Source: Octopus vulgaris
Lineage: Eukaryota
DNA length: 64,000 bases
Direction: 5' to 3'
Assembly (NCBI GenBank): GCA_951406725.2
Contig: OX597820.1
Location: forward strand, 37,138,001-37,202,000
Part shown: positions 46,125-59,830 of the stretch, piece by piece
How the letters are laid out: each line of letters begins with the position of its first letter
Numbering within the stretch: position 1 is the stretch's first letter
The notes under the pieces: generated by a model
What the model was told of the DNA's origin: nothing
Database searches by the model: none
Seen by the model: only the letters and a program-made list of their open reading frames with translations
Position numbers and translations under genes: made by a program

Positions 46125-48830
46125 GATCATCTTTTAATGTCTGTTCTCCATGCTGGCATGGGTTGGACGGTTTGACCATGGTTGGTAAGCTGAGGGGGCT
46201 GCACCTTCCTAATGCCAACCACTCCAAGGGTGTAATGGGTGCTTTTACATGCTACTGGCATGGGTGCCAGTTGCTTGACACCAGTACCTGCTACAACTAC
46301 AATTTCACTTGGCTTGATGGGTCTTCTCAAGTATGGCATATTGCCAAAGGTCTCGGTCATTTGTCATTGCCCCCCGTGAGGCCCAATGCTTGAAAGGTGC
46401 TTTTCTGCATGCCACTGGCATTGGCCACATTGCCTCCATGAGGCCCAACACTCAACAGGTTCTTCGTATTTGTCACCGGCATGGGTGCCAGTTGCTTACA
46501 TGAGGCCCAACACTAAAAGGGTGATTTTTACATGCCGCCAGCTCAGGTACCAGTTGTGCAACACTGGCATTGGCCACAGTTATTGCCTCCGTGAAGCCCA
46601 ACATTCGAAGATCAAGCTTCGCCATCATGTCCCATGTCTTCCTGGGTCTACTTCTTCAGGTTCCCTCCACAGAGATCAACATTTCTTTACACAGCTCTCC
46701 TCATCCATATGCATCACATGACCATACCAGCACAGTTATCTCTCTTGCACACATCTGATGCCTCTTATGCCCAACTTTTCTCTCAAGAAACAGTTATACA
46801 TGCACACTGATATTGCACATCCAGCGAAGCATACTAGCTTCAATTCTTTCAAGCCTAAGCATGTCCTCGGTGATTAGGGCCCATGTTTCACTACTGCTGG
46901 CACACAGGCATCATACACTCTGCCTTTCACTCTGAGGAAGAGGCCCTTTGTTGCCAAAAGAGATAGGAGCTCTCTGAACTTAGTCCAACCTATTCTTGTT
47001 CTTGCAGCTACACTCTTAGAGCAACCACCTCTGCAACTGACTTGGTCACCTAGATAACAGTAGGTATCAACTGCCTCAAGCTTACCTTACTGGCATTTGA
47101 TGGAGTTTATTTTCTGTACATTTTTCATGTTTATTGTACTTGTGCACCTTCCATATACAAAATCTATCTTCCCAGTTAATTTTCCTCTGATATTGCTGCT
47201 AGACCTTGCTGCCACACCTGAAACTTATTTCTAGTCCTGATAGTGATTCAGCTATAAGAAAACACTATACAATGATAAAACAAAAACTCCCAGAAACAAT
47301 GAAGAGCAAGAAGAAAAGAAAAAGAAATTTTTAAAAAAATGTTGGAGCAAAACAGATCTCCAACAATGAAGTCAATACAAATAGAGGGTACAAAAGCAAA
47401 AGTAGAAACATATGCAGATTTTACTTGCAAGAAAACTGCTGGCATGATGACGATGGTATAGACTTCCGTTTTGCACATCTGTAGTCCTGACTAAACTGCA
47501 TAGACCTACAACAGAACTCATTTCCAGGAGGAGGACAAAGAAAAAAGAGGCACCAAAAGAAAAATACACACACTGCTCCTAAAATACGATAAGCAGACGT
47601 AGTGCATGCTACTCCAAAAGCTCAGCCTCCCTCAGATCTGAAAAGAACAGCTGCTGAACAAATATCTTTTCTGGCTATGTCAAACACACACTGGGAACCA
47701 CACGAGGCCACCACATATGACAAGGTACAAGATAGCCATCACTGTTACCAATACATGCGTTACTCCAATATTTTTATTGGAAGCTCTCAGGGTCAGCCCG
47801 TCTTAAATTCCTGTTATTGCCTGGAGGACTATGATTAACAAGAGGGGGCTGGGGACTAATTCTTGGTGAACCCCTACTTCTATCCTAAATTCCCTGCTAT
47901 ATTCATTACTGACACCATCCCTGTACATGGCTTCTATAACTCTCATCAACCACTCATCTATCACTAGTTTTCACATTGACCACCAGAAAGGGATTGGGGG
48001 ATCCTGTCAAAGGTTTTCTTTATGTCAACAAACGCCAAGTACAGAGGTTTGTCTTTGGCTAGGGACTTCTGCAGCTGCCTTACAAGAAATATAGCATCAG
48101 TGGTGCTTCTTGGCACAAAACTACCTGCATTTTATCCAGACTAAGCATGTCCCTAATTAGTTGGGCTATGATCCTCTCTGTAAATTTCATCAACTGATGC
48201 AACTATTTGATACCTCTGTAATTATTTCTGTCTAAGGCATCACCTTTACCTTTGTAGCAGTTGAATATGGTGCTGCTACACCAGTCATTAGGTATGACTC
48301 TTTCATGATCAGACCATAACCCACACTGCTAGATATTTTAAGCATCTCAGTAGTTATTCCAGACAGGCCAGGGTCTTACCCCGTCTTTATATCCTTCATG
48401 ACATTGTCTATTTGGATTTCTGGGCTCTCTGTTAGAGCCACACTAGGCAGACTCTCCCATGGGTTCTCTACATTTAGTAGCCTTTCGTAACTGCCAGTAA
48501 TCCATCATTCATGTGAACACAATTTTCTCTGATACAGTCTTGCAATCCAGAACACTTCAAGCCCCTGGTCCTCACACCGCAAGACATTGGCACTTTCTTC
48601 TCTCTGCTTCTCCCCTGGCTAGATACATCTGTTTTCTAGCCTCCCTTCTAGCTACCTGATATAGTTCCCTGCTTCCACCACTTTTCCAGTCCTGCTTCTT
48701 TGCTCTAATAGTCTTATCTACAGCATTACTCCACCACCATGTCACCCTAAGTCTGGTTAGGACTTTGCACCAGCTGCAAAATTTGGCTGTGGTGCTCAGC
48801 AAGCTGTCCCACAGGAATTCCCAGTTGCCA
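46125..48830 (-). mobile_element. Decayed RTE-clade LINE, interrupted by unrelated sequence at ~47200-47840
   Basis: 46125-47200 is the reverse complement of 51140-52160. 47850-48830 encodes RT-region fragments such as KLVIDEWLMRVIEAMY. The flanks join to match the gene 2 flank at ~16170. Confidence 0.8.
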
Positions 48831-50109
48831 GATATTTAGAATATTTTAGTCCTCTTTGGATAAATTAATGTATCAAAGGAGGATATATACAATTACAATA
48901 TGATCAAAGCTAATTCAATATATAGTAAGAGATATCTCACCAGCCTCTTGGTATCACAGCCATATTACTGGTTTATATTAGAGGTACTATAACATAGAAA
49001 TGGCAATAGACGACATATCTGTAACTTATTAATAAATTTATTATCATTACATTAATTATGTGTTAACTCTATCTTGGTTTGTTATTTGTATAGTTGGTAT
49101 TGTTTCCATTCAACAGTTTGTCCAATTTTATTATCAACATTCCTGACAAAACATGCCAGTATTATAGAAAATACTTCCAAGCACATAGCTGTCTTAGAGT
49201 TTTCTCTATAAAGATGTTTACTGTTACATATATTCACTGCCAATGTAGATTTTAAAGCTAGAATTACTGAGAAATACTTTATACTTCAGCACAAAATGTG
49301 CATGGTGTGCATGTTAGAGTTTGTAAATATAGTGTTCTATGTATGTGTGAAAGTTGCCTATATCTGTCAATGTATTTGTGTGCCTGCCTGTACATTTCTG
49401 TATGCTGCTGTTGTTCTTGTTTTGTATTTTTAGCAACATAAAATATTTGAACAAGATAGACTGAGTACATAATTTGCATTTTATTACTGTTGTGTTCTGA
49501 TGACAGTTTTAGTTGTGTTCCAGACCATTTCTAAAGTGATTGTGTGGATAATATTCGAATACCACCTAATGATATTTTCAAAAATTTGATGAGATAAAGC
49601 AAATAATTTGTTTTTTTTTTAAAGGACTAGCTATGACCAATGTCAAGTGTGTGATGTTTTTAATCGTTGTCTTTTGACAGCCACCTTTCCATGATCTGTA
49701 TGGGTGAGGGGGAATTCATTGACGCAGATTTTGTACAGTTGAATGCCCCTTCCTGTTATTCAAGCCTCACCTGTTTCCAAGCAAGATAATTCCCCATGGC
49801 TGGGTATGTTTTCAACGATTGGAAATGAAGTATACTGCTTGCAAAACAATGACATACTTACAACTATTCTGCGCTATCAAAACAAGAACATGGGTACACA
49901 TACATATGAATAAATATAAATATATATATGAGTGAAACCCATGACACATTTGATGGGCTTCATTTAGTTTCTGCCTGCCAAATCTACTCACAAGGTTTTG
50001 GTTGACCCAGGGCTATAGTAGAACACACTTGCCCAAAGTGACATGAAGTTGGACTGAAGCTGAAGTCATGTTTTGGAAGTGAACATCTTAGTAGACAATC
50101 ACATTTGTG

Positions 50110-50146
<37 letters not shown>

Positions 50147-50999
50147 CACACATACATACATATATGGTCCCACTCATGCCAGCATGGAGAATAGACATTA
50201 AATGATGATGATGATCACATGACAGGTTTCTTTTGGTTGGTGTTTACCAAATATTCACAAAACTTTTGATTAACTCAGGACTATATTAAAAGACTTACTG
50301 AAGGTGCTATGCTGTGGTTTGGAAGTGAACTTAACCACACAGCCATGCCTGCACCTATTATACAAAAGTGAAATGTCAGTACAAAGCCCTGAAGATGAAT
50401 TCAAAGATATGAAAGTTGTGAACTGTGGAAGAATATCACCACCATCATCATCATCATCATCATTGTTTACTGCCTGTCTTCCATGCTCACAACATGGGCT
50501 AGATGATTTGATAGGATCTGACAAGCCAGAGGACTGTGTCAAGCTCCACTGTCTGCTTTGGAATGGTTTCTATAGCTGGATGCCTTCTTTATGGCACCAG
50601 CACTAGTGGGGTTGTCAAATAACTCACAAGACATAAGTACAGTTGCAGTATGGGGGAAGGGTGCCTTTACACCAGGTGCTGAGAAGTTAAAGTGTGGTAA
50701 GGAGACAAGAATGGATGTCTTGCTGTAGAGGAGCTACATGACTACCACAGCTGGAAAGAGAAATAAGATGGTGAAGATGAAGTGTCAGAGCATATCCTCA
50801 AGGTACAAGAAACTAAATGTAAAAGAAAAGGGCCAGGACTGGAGTGTGAAAGGGGTGCAAGAAGTGGTTGAGAGATAGAGACAAAATTGAATGATGTATA
50901 TAGGTGTGTGTGTAGTCAATGATGATTATATGAGTCAGGAGGAGAAGTGGCTGTTAAACTGTTTATCACTCACTCTAGTATTTATTTATATACAAACTG

Positions 51000-52162
51000 T
51001 AGCAAAGACCAAAGTATTAGTAAGCAGCAAGAGGTACTCAGCACACATCCCCTCGGGTAGGTGGCCCTGCTCAACCTGTAGGAAAGGTACAGGTAGAAAC
51101 TCCATAAGATGCACCCAATGTAAGTTATGGACACATAAGAGGTGCAGCAACATTAAAGGGAAATTAACAGATAAGATAGCTTTCATGTGCGGCAGATGCA
51201 CAGGGACAATAGACACAACAGACACTCAGAAAACAGATTCCATCACACTCCAGGGAGAGAAACTAGAAGTAGTTGATAGTTTCCGCTACCTGGGTGACCA
51301 AGTTAGTAGCGGAGGTGGATGCACAGAGAGTATCACCACTAGAATACGAATAGCCTGGGCAAAGTTCAGAAAGCTCCTACCCCTACTGGCAACAAAAGGT
51401 CTCTCCCTCAGAGCAAAAGGTAGATTGTATGATGCATGTGTGCGAACTGCCATGCTTCACGGTAATGAAACTTGGGCTGTGACTGCAGAAGACATGCGTA
51501 GACTTGAAAGAAATGAAGCTAGCATGATCCGCTGGATGTGTAGTGTCAGTGTGCACGCAAGACAGAGTGTAAGCATCCTGAGAGAAATGCTGGATATAAG
51601 AAGCATCAGATGTGGTGTGCAAGAGCGACGCTTGCGATGGTATGGTCATGTGCTGCGGATGGATGAAGAGAGATGTGTGAAGAAGTGCCACTCCCAAACA
51701 GTTGAAGGTATCAGGGGAGAGGTAGACCCAGGAAGACATGGGATGAGGTGGTCAAGCATGACCTCAGAGCATTGGGCCTCACTGAGGCAATGGCGAAGGA
51801 CCGAGATCTCTGGAGATATGCTGTGACTACAAAGACCCGGGCTGCTTTCTGCAGCAATTCCACATACCCCCTACCCATTCTAAGTACCCCGGACCTCGTT
51901 GCCCCCGTGCCGCTGACACGTTAAAATGCTCGAACCGATTGTGACCGATGCCGGACCCTCCGGCCCCTGTGCAGGTGGCACGTAAAAAGCACCCAATCCA
52001 CTCACGGAGTGGTTGGCGTTAAGAAGGGCATCCAGCCGTAGAAACTCTGCCAGATTCAGACTGGAGCCTGGAGCGGCCCCTGGCTTCCCAGACCCGGTCG
52101 AACCGTCCAACCCGTGCTAGCGCGGAAAGCGGACGTTAAACGATGATGATGATGATGATGAT
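51000..52162 (+). mobile_element. 5'-truncated, relatively young RTE-clade LINE (Cys-rich insert, FRYLG region, 3' UTR, (GAT)n tail)
   Basis: AKTKVLV...LEVVDSFRYLG...RIRIAWAKF...RRLRWYGHVLRM. One frameshift before RGRPRKTW. Tail GATGATGAT at ~52142-52162. Confidence 0.9.
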
Positions 52163-53290
52163 ACACATACACTCTAGTGGTGTAGAAGAATTCTTCAGTT
52201 AATTGATGCATATTCTCTCTCTAGATATGATAACCACAAAATTATTTTAGAATAAATCTAGACATACTTGTATAGAATAATAAATTTATCAATCTGTCTT
52301 CAGCTTTTGTTGTTTATAGCGATTGATCCAGTTTCTGCTGCCATTTGAATCTTAATCAGTTTTGTGATTAAAAGTTGTTTTTGGAGAGCAAGAAGAGCGC
52401 AGCATCCTATATATTCATTCAAAATCTTTTTTTTTTTGTTTTTTTGCAAAAGCAACCTTTCAATCATGTTGGTCCACACCTCCTTTTCTGGTTAATCCAT
52501 AACATATAACTCTAGTCAGTAGTGTGCTCAAATGACAGTAATAGAAATCCTTGCTGTTGGCCATAATATAAATGTAGATATTAAAACTGTAATAGAATAT
52601 ATGGCATCATCTGGGTATTGTGTTAAGGTAACATAAGAAAAGGGTGTGATTTGAAAGAGATGTGATAGCTACTCCTTGCCGGACCAATTAATCTCACTTC
52701 CAATACTTCCAAGCAGAAATTTATGCAGTCCTTAAATTGCAACCTTTGTTTATGCTAAGGCTGTTTTCTATGTACAAGCCCACCATACAGCATTTGTTTA
52801 TGATACTTTAATCAGTTAGTCATACAAGATGTCCTGTCCATTGAAAACAGTGCCTGGGTATTGTTATCTAAATGCTCAAGACTTTGGCTTCGTTCAAAAT
52901 CTCTGTTGACCAGCTGACCTTTGGAATATGTCTTGAACATCTCTGATGAAAGTGCTCAATAACCACATGCCCCATGCATTTACATGGACATGTAAATACT
53001 CATGAAATCACATGCAATATGCACATTATTGGTGGCTATTGATTCTCCTGAGGTCATCTGCCCTCTGACAAGATTTTGTTCTTTTAGTCTGCAGGATGTC
53101 CAGAAATTTCCCTTCTCACTAAGCAGGCTGAGTGGAATTGCCAGCTTAATGAGACAACCTGACCATGCAACAAATTGTCCAAGGTTACATGTCACCAGTT
53201 AATGTTCAGGAATGATCTGACTTTTCATTTGCACATATTTCCTTAGGTGCACTGGGTTATGTGATATATTTGCATAATAGACTTGAAATA

Positions 53291-53667
53291 TGCAGGAGTG
53301 GCTGTGTGGTAAGTAGCTTGCTTACCAACCACATGGTTGCAGGTTCAGTCCCACTGTGTGGCACCTTTGGCAAGTGCCTTCTACTATAGCCTCAGGCTAA
53401 CCAAAGCCTTGTGAGTGGATTTGGTAGACGGAAACTGAAAAGAAGCCCTCGTATATATGTATGTGTGTGTGTGTTTGCGTTTGTCCCCTCAACATCGCTT
53501 GACAACCAATGCTGGAGTGTTTATGTCCCCATAACTTAGCAGTTCGGCAAAAGAGACTGATAGAATAAGTACTAGGCTTACAAAGAATAAGTCCTGGGGT
53601 CGATTTGCTTGACTAAAGGCAGTGCTCCAGCATGGCCGCAGTCAAAATGACTGAAACAAGTAAAAGA
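53291..53667 (+). mobile_element. tRNA-headed SINE family A, best-preserved copy
   Basis: A-box TGGCTGTGTGG, B-box GGTTCAGTCCC, central (TA)/(TG) tract and 3' end ATGACTGAAACAAGTAAAAGA. Confidence 0.9.
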
Positions 53668-53689
53668 GAGAGAGTAAGAATACTGCAGT

Positions 53690-54270
53690 TTTCTAAGAAA
53701 GAACAGCAAATTGACTGGCATCTTCCAAATTCAATTGATTAGTGATAGTATAGTGAAGATTTGTAAAGGATTCCTGGGATTCTACATTTAGTTTCCTGGG
53801 ATGCAAATTCTCATAACACACTCTGGAAGTATTGTTGCTAGAGTAGGAATAGTAACAAGGCTTGTCTCTCGAAGTGAAAGGCAGACTGTATGATGCTTGC
53901 ATATGAACAGCTGTGGGCCCTGAATACAGATGATATGCATAGACTGGAGAGAAATGAAGCTAGTATGCTTCAATGGATGAGCAATATGTGCAACAAAGTG
54001 CAAATTTGGTGAGAAAAAAGATGGACATAAAAGGAATTCATCATAGCATGCAAGAGAGAAGACTATGATGATTTGGACATGTGATGCATATGAATGAAAA
54101 CAAGTGTATAAAGTAGTACCAATTGCTGAAATTGGATGGCACCTGTGGAAGAAGAAGATCCAGGAAGACATGGAATGAAACAGTGAGATCTGATGTCAAG
54201 ATGTTGGGTGTCACAAAGATGACAATGGACTGAGATGTTTGGTGATATGAGCTTCTTCCGAAGACCCCCA
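53690..54270 (+). mobile_element. Older RTE LINE fragment
   Basis: Homologous to 51170-51840, for example AAAGGCAGACTGTATGATGC and AGAAATGAAGCTAG. Confidence 0.75.
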
Positions 54271-55464
54271 TTTCAGCAAAACTGAGTTCTGGAAGTGCTG
54301 TGTATTCCATCCACATGTATCATTAATTCACACACTCTATCCCAATGAACCAAACTACATCTTTTATTCATGCACTATGCCTATCTCTTTCTCTCCACCT
54401 TTGCAGCCCCAAACCATGCTATCATCTCTCTCGTTCTCCCTCTTGCCAGCTGTATCATCACTGTATCTGTGTTTCACCACTTACTGCATTCCCTCCCATC
54501 TCCCTCTTTGCCCTTATGTGAACTCCCTGCTCATGCATCCTAGGCAATCTTCTATCATTCCATTTATATTGACCTCCTTGTACCTTAAGAGTGCACCCTG
54601 ACACATCTCTCACTCTCTCCATTTGACTGGGTAACCATGTATCTCCTCTACAGGAAGACACCTATTTTTGTCCCTCTGATACACTCTACCCTCTCATCAC
54701 CTGGCACAAAACCGTGTCCCTCAATACCACTCAGTTGAAGGCTCTTTGTCTTGTTGTTTTACATTTTTTAAGTGGTATAAGTAATGAATTTAAAAAATTG
54801 GCTGAAGTTTTTGGAACGATGGTGGATAATCTTGTGGGCTTCTACCAAGTCAGCTGCAAGACATCAAAGTTTTAGTGTCACTGTCCAGAGAAGCAAGACA
54901 TTCAAGTCATGGTCACTCATCAAAAATATTCATCTGGCTGTGTCTCAGGGCAGTTCCAAGAAAATTGATATTTTGGACAAGATGAAGGTTCCAGATTGAA
55001 GAAGCAAAAAAAGTTACTCAATCATCGTCCTCGCAGTTACAAGGACCTTATCAGGATGACCACCCCCCATACACACACACACAAGCGTCGTCGAGACACA
55101 ACACATTCAAGACCAGGCCGGCTCAGATGTTAGTAACGTCGTCAATACCCAAACTGAAAGAAAAGTTTTAAAATATCGCTAAATGTTTTTATTAATAATA
55201 AAAAAAAATTGCAGACTTACAATCTCTGATGTTCAAAGTGTTTTTTAAAGGCATCATAACAATGTTAGGGGATGTCTAAAAATCCACTTTCTTTCTTTTT
55301 TTCTTTTCGCATTTTAAAATTACTTTACAATTCTGATTATTGCACTAGTTTAATGCTATGAACATATCGCAGGTTCTAAGCGTTATAATATACCGTTTTA
55401 CCGAAATCACAAGGCTAATGTGAATACACTGGAAACCAAAGCTAAAAACATAAACTAATAATTT

Positions 55465-56000
55465 TCCGGGAATAAAAAAACTTTAAAGAATTCTCTATTG
55501 ATTAGAGGTAGGTTATTCCTACACAATGAATGCTACTTCCGTTATGCACGTTACTTTTTGAGGCATGTACTCTTACACTGTTTATATATTATTTCTTTGC
55601 ACGTATTTAGTGTTACTAATAATTAATTACCGCCTGTAATTAACTTAAATGATTGTTCATTAACCAGTCGAACACAATAGGGATATTCAGTCAAAAGTAG
55701 TTAAAAATTCTGCCCAATCGATGTCTTCATTAATTTCAACTCTCTACTTCAAAACATCTCACATTATTTCATCAATAACTACGTTGTCATGCAAGTATCG
55801 TTTGTAAATTTTACACATTTTGTATTGAAAAAAGTCTCTCTTGTATTCTTACATTTCTTCTTCTCTTATATGACTTATCTTCTTTTCAAGATCCTATTTT
55901 CTTTCGTACTTTCTCTCATGTACTTCATCTAAATACCGTAATTAATCTAAATTTCAGGAAATTTGCAATATTTATTTTAATTCGTTCAACCTCTTCCTTC
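55465..56000 (+). promoter_or_regulatory. Conserved upstream block, copy 5 (AG|GTAGGT at 55507/55508)
   Basis: CTCTATTGATTAGAG|GTAGGT, ACTTCCGTTATG, and CATTAACCAG at 55658. Confidence 0.68.
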
Positions 56001-56009
56001 GTTATTTTT

Positions 56010-56091
56010 GGCAGAGGTAAAGAATACGTACACCACCGGTTTTCGGCGTAACAAAAACATTAACCGGGTGTACGTATTCTTTTCCTTAGCC
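56010..56091. mobile_element. 82-bp mini-MITE, possibly Merlin-type
   Basis: 25-bp inverted termini with 22/25 match, beginning GGC. Flanks TTATTTTT and ATATTTTT give a 7/8 target duplication. Confidence 0.7.
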
Positions 56092-56639
56092 ATATTTTTA
56101 TCCCATATCCACTCCACTGTTCGTGTAGTTTTTCATTGGCCCCTCTTTGTTTCGTCTTTTATAAAACTTTATTTACTTGAATAATTGTAAAGATGTGACC
56201 CAAATCTACCGCCTCGCCCCTCGTCCTTTTGTTGCCGACAAAATACGATTAAAGTTTGCTTACTATTTTCTTGATTGATAATATTTTTCAAGACACAGTC
56301 GCATGTCCGAGACGTCAGTATTTCATGTAAAGTTTTATTGGATCTTTTTTACTTTTTTCCAGCTACACATTTTAATCTGAAAGTTTTAAACAAAAACGTA
56401 ATTTTGATGTAGTTTTACTTGCTGATGACGAAAAACGAATTCATTTTTTCGAAAAATTAATAAAGAAGTTAGATGCATTTACGATTACATGTTTTCAGCA
56501 TGTGTCCTTACAGCAGAAGTTGAAACTGTTTGTTGTCATGGCAACGCCAGTGTATCGTGTACTCATGATGCTGAGTGAAAGAATTGGGGTATAGAGGTGC
56601 GGGGATACGAAAGATTGCCAGGGGGAGGTTACCATTTCG

Positions 56640-56800
56640 GTTGACTAGAGATTATTTACGAGATCTATTGAAGATTAGCGGTCCAGATAAAATTGTTGAA
56701 ATAAACGAAACTGTATTTTCAAGCAGGAAATACAGCCGGAGTCGAATGCTGCCTAAACATAGGGTTTTCGGCTGAGTGTGCCGTTAAACTCGAGAACTTT
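56640..56800 (+). mobile_element. Merlin/IS1016-like (ISXO2) transposase fragment
   Basis: KISGPDKIVEINETVFSSRKYSRSR...RVFG resembles the IGGPGKIVEIDES...RKYNRGR...WVFG motif. Confidence 0.7.
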
Positions 56801-57671
56801 CTTTATTTTGCTGTACCTTCTCCGGATTATGACACACTCGAAGATTGCATCAACTTTTTCATCCATTTATTTATTTGTCTATCTATTTATCCCTATCCGT
56901 TTATTCATAAAATATATTTGTCAACTAAATGTGGCTGTTGTTTTTAGCCCCAGGAAAACATATCTATCTATCTATCTTTTTATACACCTATCTATATGCT
57001 TATTGAATTTAAAAAGTTTCAAAACGTAGTTTCTTGCATATCCGGAATCTCCGTCATCTAAACTATAGGGGGAAAAAAATTTCGAAAAAGTTCAAAATTT
57101 TAAACGGGAGTGGGGGAGTTAAAATTTTTTTTTTGCATATTCGTAATCTCCGACATCTAAAACGTGGGAATCTGAAAACAATTTTTCAAAAAAAATGCAT
57201 ATTTCAAGGAGAGATGCGAAACTGCATTAGCCCCCTTACATGTATCATTTTGTGTTAGTGTTGAAAAAAAAAATTGTTAAATTTTCAGTTTACAAGAAAT
57301 GTGTGAGTAATTGTAATGGCAATCGCCGTAGTAAGAGCAGTGTGGGGGGTGAGTGGTTCCAAATTAATGGACTTTCATGGATTTAAACGAACATTTATGA
57401 TTTTTAATAAGAAAAACAAGTTCTCACATTCTGTATGTGCGTGTATTCTCAACTACACACATAATATACAATAGGTTTATATATTACATATCTATGCACA
57501 TGTACATAATGGTGGCGGGGAGGGGCATAATGAGGGTTATTTACTGTATTTTTTACTTTAAGGTGGGGGGGGGCGGTCTTCTCTAAATACATTTAAAAAA
57601 CTATAACATAATCTGAACACTTTCATAAGATTATTTTCGTTCTCTTTAAGTTGGTAAAAGACAAATTTAGC

Positions 57672-58312
57672 TGGGGCAAAATGAGTAAGATATAATAAGG
57701 TAAATTTGCCTCATCAGTTCTCCATAATTATATATGAAAAAAGACTCATACACATCAACATCCATCCTTAGACATCAGAAAGATGATAAATACGACAAAA
57801 ATTTATAATATCAGAGTCAAATGAAAGAGGGTCATGGGAAAATGGCACATGATATGGAATTAACAAAACTCAACTAAATCTAAAATTTCAGCATAAAATA
57901 TTTTCTATAACTTCTTCAGGATCTGCTAGAGTGGCTCTCTTCCTGCGTGATGTGCAGTTAAATAGAAGAAATTATTTGAATTATTCATTTTGCCCCGTTT
58001 TAGACTATTCTTTTGAAAATTGAAAATGATCAAATTAGACATTTGTATGGGGGGAAAAAATGACTTGGAATCCAAGAGAGAAAAGAATATTGATTGTTAA
58101 ATGCCAAATATTATCCAGATATTTTATTCAGAACATCGATTACAATCGTATCTTGTTGTCTAAGTTTCAATCTCTTTCAACTTCAACAGCTATGCTGACT
58201 GATTCTTACCTCCAAACATGCTGCAGTAGTACTCCCAGTGATGGTGCAATACTTGCAATGTAATGGTTTCAAACAGGTTAGGAGAGATCACAAATTACTC
58301 ATTTTACCCCAG
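57672..58312. mobile_element. Unclassified DNA element with inverted repeats
   Basis: CTGGGGCAAAATGAGTAA is inverted relative to TTACTCATTTTACCCCAG (17/18). A third internal copy lies near 57982. Confidence 0.55.
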
Positions 58313-58982
58313 TTATTAATACATATCGTTGCTATTATGCAAAAGTATTGTAAGACCAAAACGTTGCATTTTCAGAAAACGAAAAAATAGTTTCACCATT
58401 CCATTTCTTTTTACATTAACAACTCCATGCATGTTTGATATTTTCAGTCAGAAATATTTTTACAAAAGTGTTGTATGTGGGAATTAGTACACTTTTGAAA
58501 AATGCTAAGCTGGTGTACTACACTTTGACAATTTTCATATCTTAGCCTCTGAAGCATCTGGAGATATGATAGTTTGACCAAAAGAACCAACTATTGCAAG
58601 CAAAATTAAATATTGAAGAAAACACAGTTGGCCAAATTTGGACATAGGACAGTTTAACATAATAGCAATGATATATATTTACATATGTGCAGACAGTTGT
58701 TGAAATTAATATGCATAATGTAATGTGCCCAGCATTATGTCAATCTATGGCAGTCATGATTTTTACAAAGAGAAAAACATTTCATGATTGTAATGGTGAT
58801 TACTGTCAAGAGGAGGGAGTGAGCAGCTTCCAAAATGATGGATTTCAATTTTGGTTTTTCAAGGCTTGTCCCATCGTTTTTCAGAGCATCATGCAAAAAA
58901 AATCCATGGAAGTCGGGGATCATAAATTTTTGAAAATTATTTTTTCATAAAAGGCTTCCTCCCATCATTTTGAAGCATGTGG

Positions 58983-59830
58983 TCATCATCATAATCATCA
59001 TTTAACGTTTGTTTTCCATGTTGGCATGGGCTGGACGGTTTGACTGAGGTCTGGAGAGCCAGCAGCTGCATCAAGCTCCAATCTGATCTGAAAATGTTTC
59101 TACAGCTTGATGACCTTCCTAATGCCAACCACTCCAAGAGTGCAGTGGGTGCTTTTCACATGCCACCAGCATGGGGGGGGAGGCCCAGTCAGACGGTCCT
59201 GGCATTGATCGCATTTGGATGGTACTTTTTATGTGCCATCGGCACGGGAGCCAGTCAGGAGACACTGGCATCAACCACATTCAGATGATGTATTTTACAT
59301 GCTACCAGAACAGGAGCCAGTCAGGAGGCACTGGCCACAGCTACGATTTTGGTTTTGATTTTACTTGACTCAGCAGGTCTTCTCAAGCATATCATATCAC
59401 CCGACACATCAGGGGTACTCTTAAATAGACCAGATATGCCACACTGGTGTTGGCTATGGCTGCAATCTCACTTTAGTTGCCGGGTCTTCTCACAGCATAT
59501 CTCCAAAGGTCTTGGTCTCCTCTCATTGCCTTTGTGAGGCCCAGTGTTCAAAGGTCATGCTTCACCACCTCATCCCATGTCTTCCTGGGTCTACCTCTTC
59601 TACAGGTTCCTTCCACAGGGAGTGGCACTTCCTCACGCAGCTGTCCTCATCCATACATAACACATGGACCATACCAGCACAGTCGTCTCTCTTATACACT
59701 ACATTTGATGCTTTTTATACCCAACTTTTCTCTCAGGGCACCTACACTCTATTGTGTATGCGCACTGACATTACATATACAGCGGATCATACTTGCTTTG
59801 TTTCTTTCAAGCCTGCGCATGTCCACTGCT
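58983..59830 (-). mobile_element. RTE LINE 3' fragment
   Basis: (ATC)n tail followed by the reverse complement of the RTE 3' UTR and C-terminal coding region seen at 51490-52160. Confidence 0.8.

Noticed and set aside
50891-51826. 311-aa ORF as a host gene
   Set aside because: It is a truncated RTE ORF fused by chance to ~36 codons of flank, with a frameshifted C-terminus.
50960-52180. Target-site duplication for the young RTE copy (CACTCTAGT on both sides)
   Set aside because: The 9-mer is offset from both apparent element ends, so it cannot be called with confidence.
53291-53365. tRNA gene
   Set aside because: A- and B-box-like motifs are the head of a multi-copy SINE, and no convincing cloverleaf is present.
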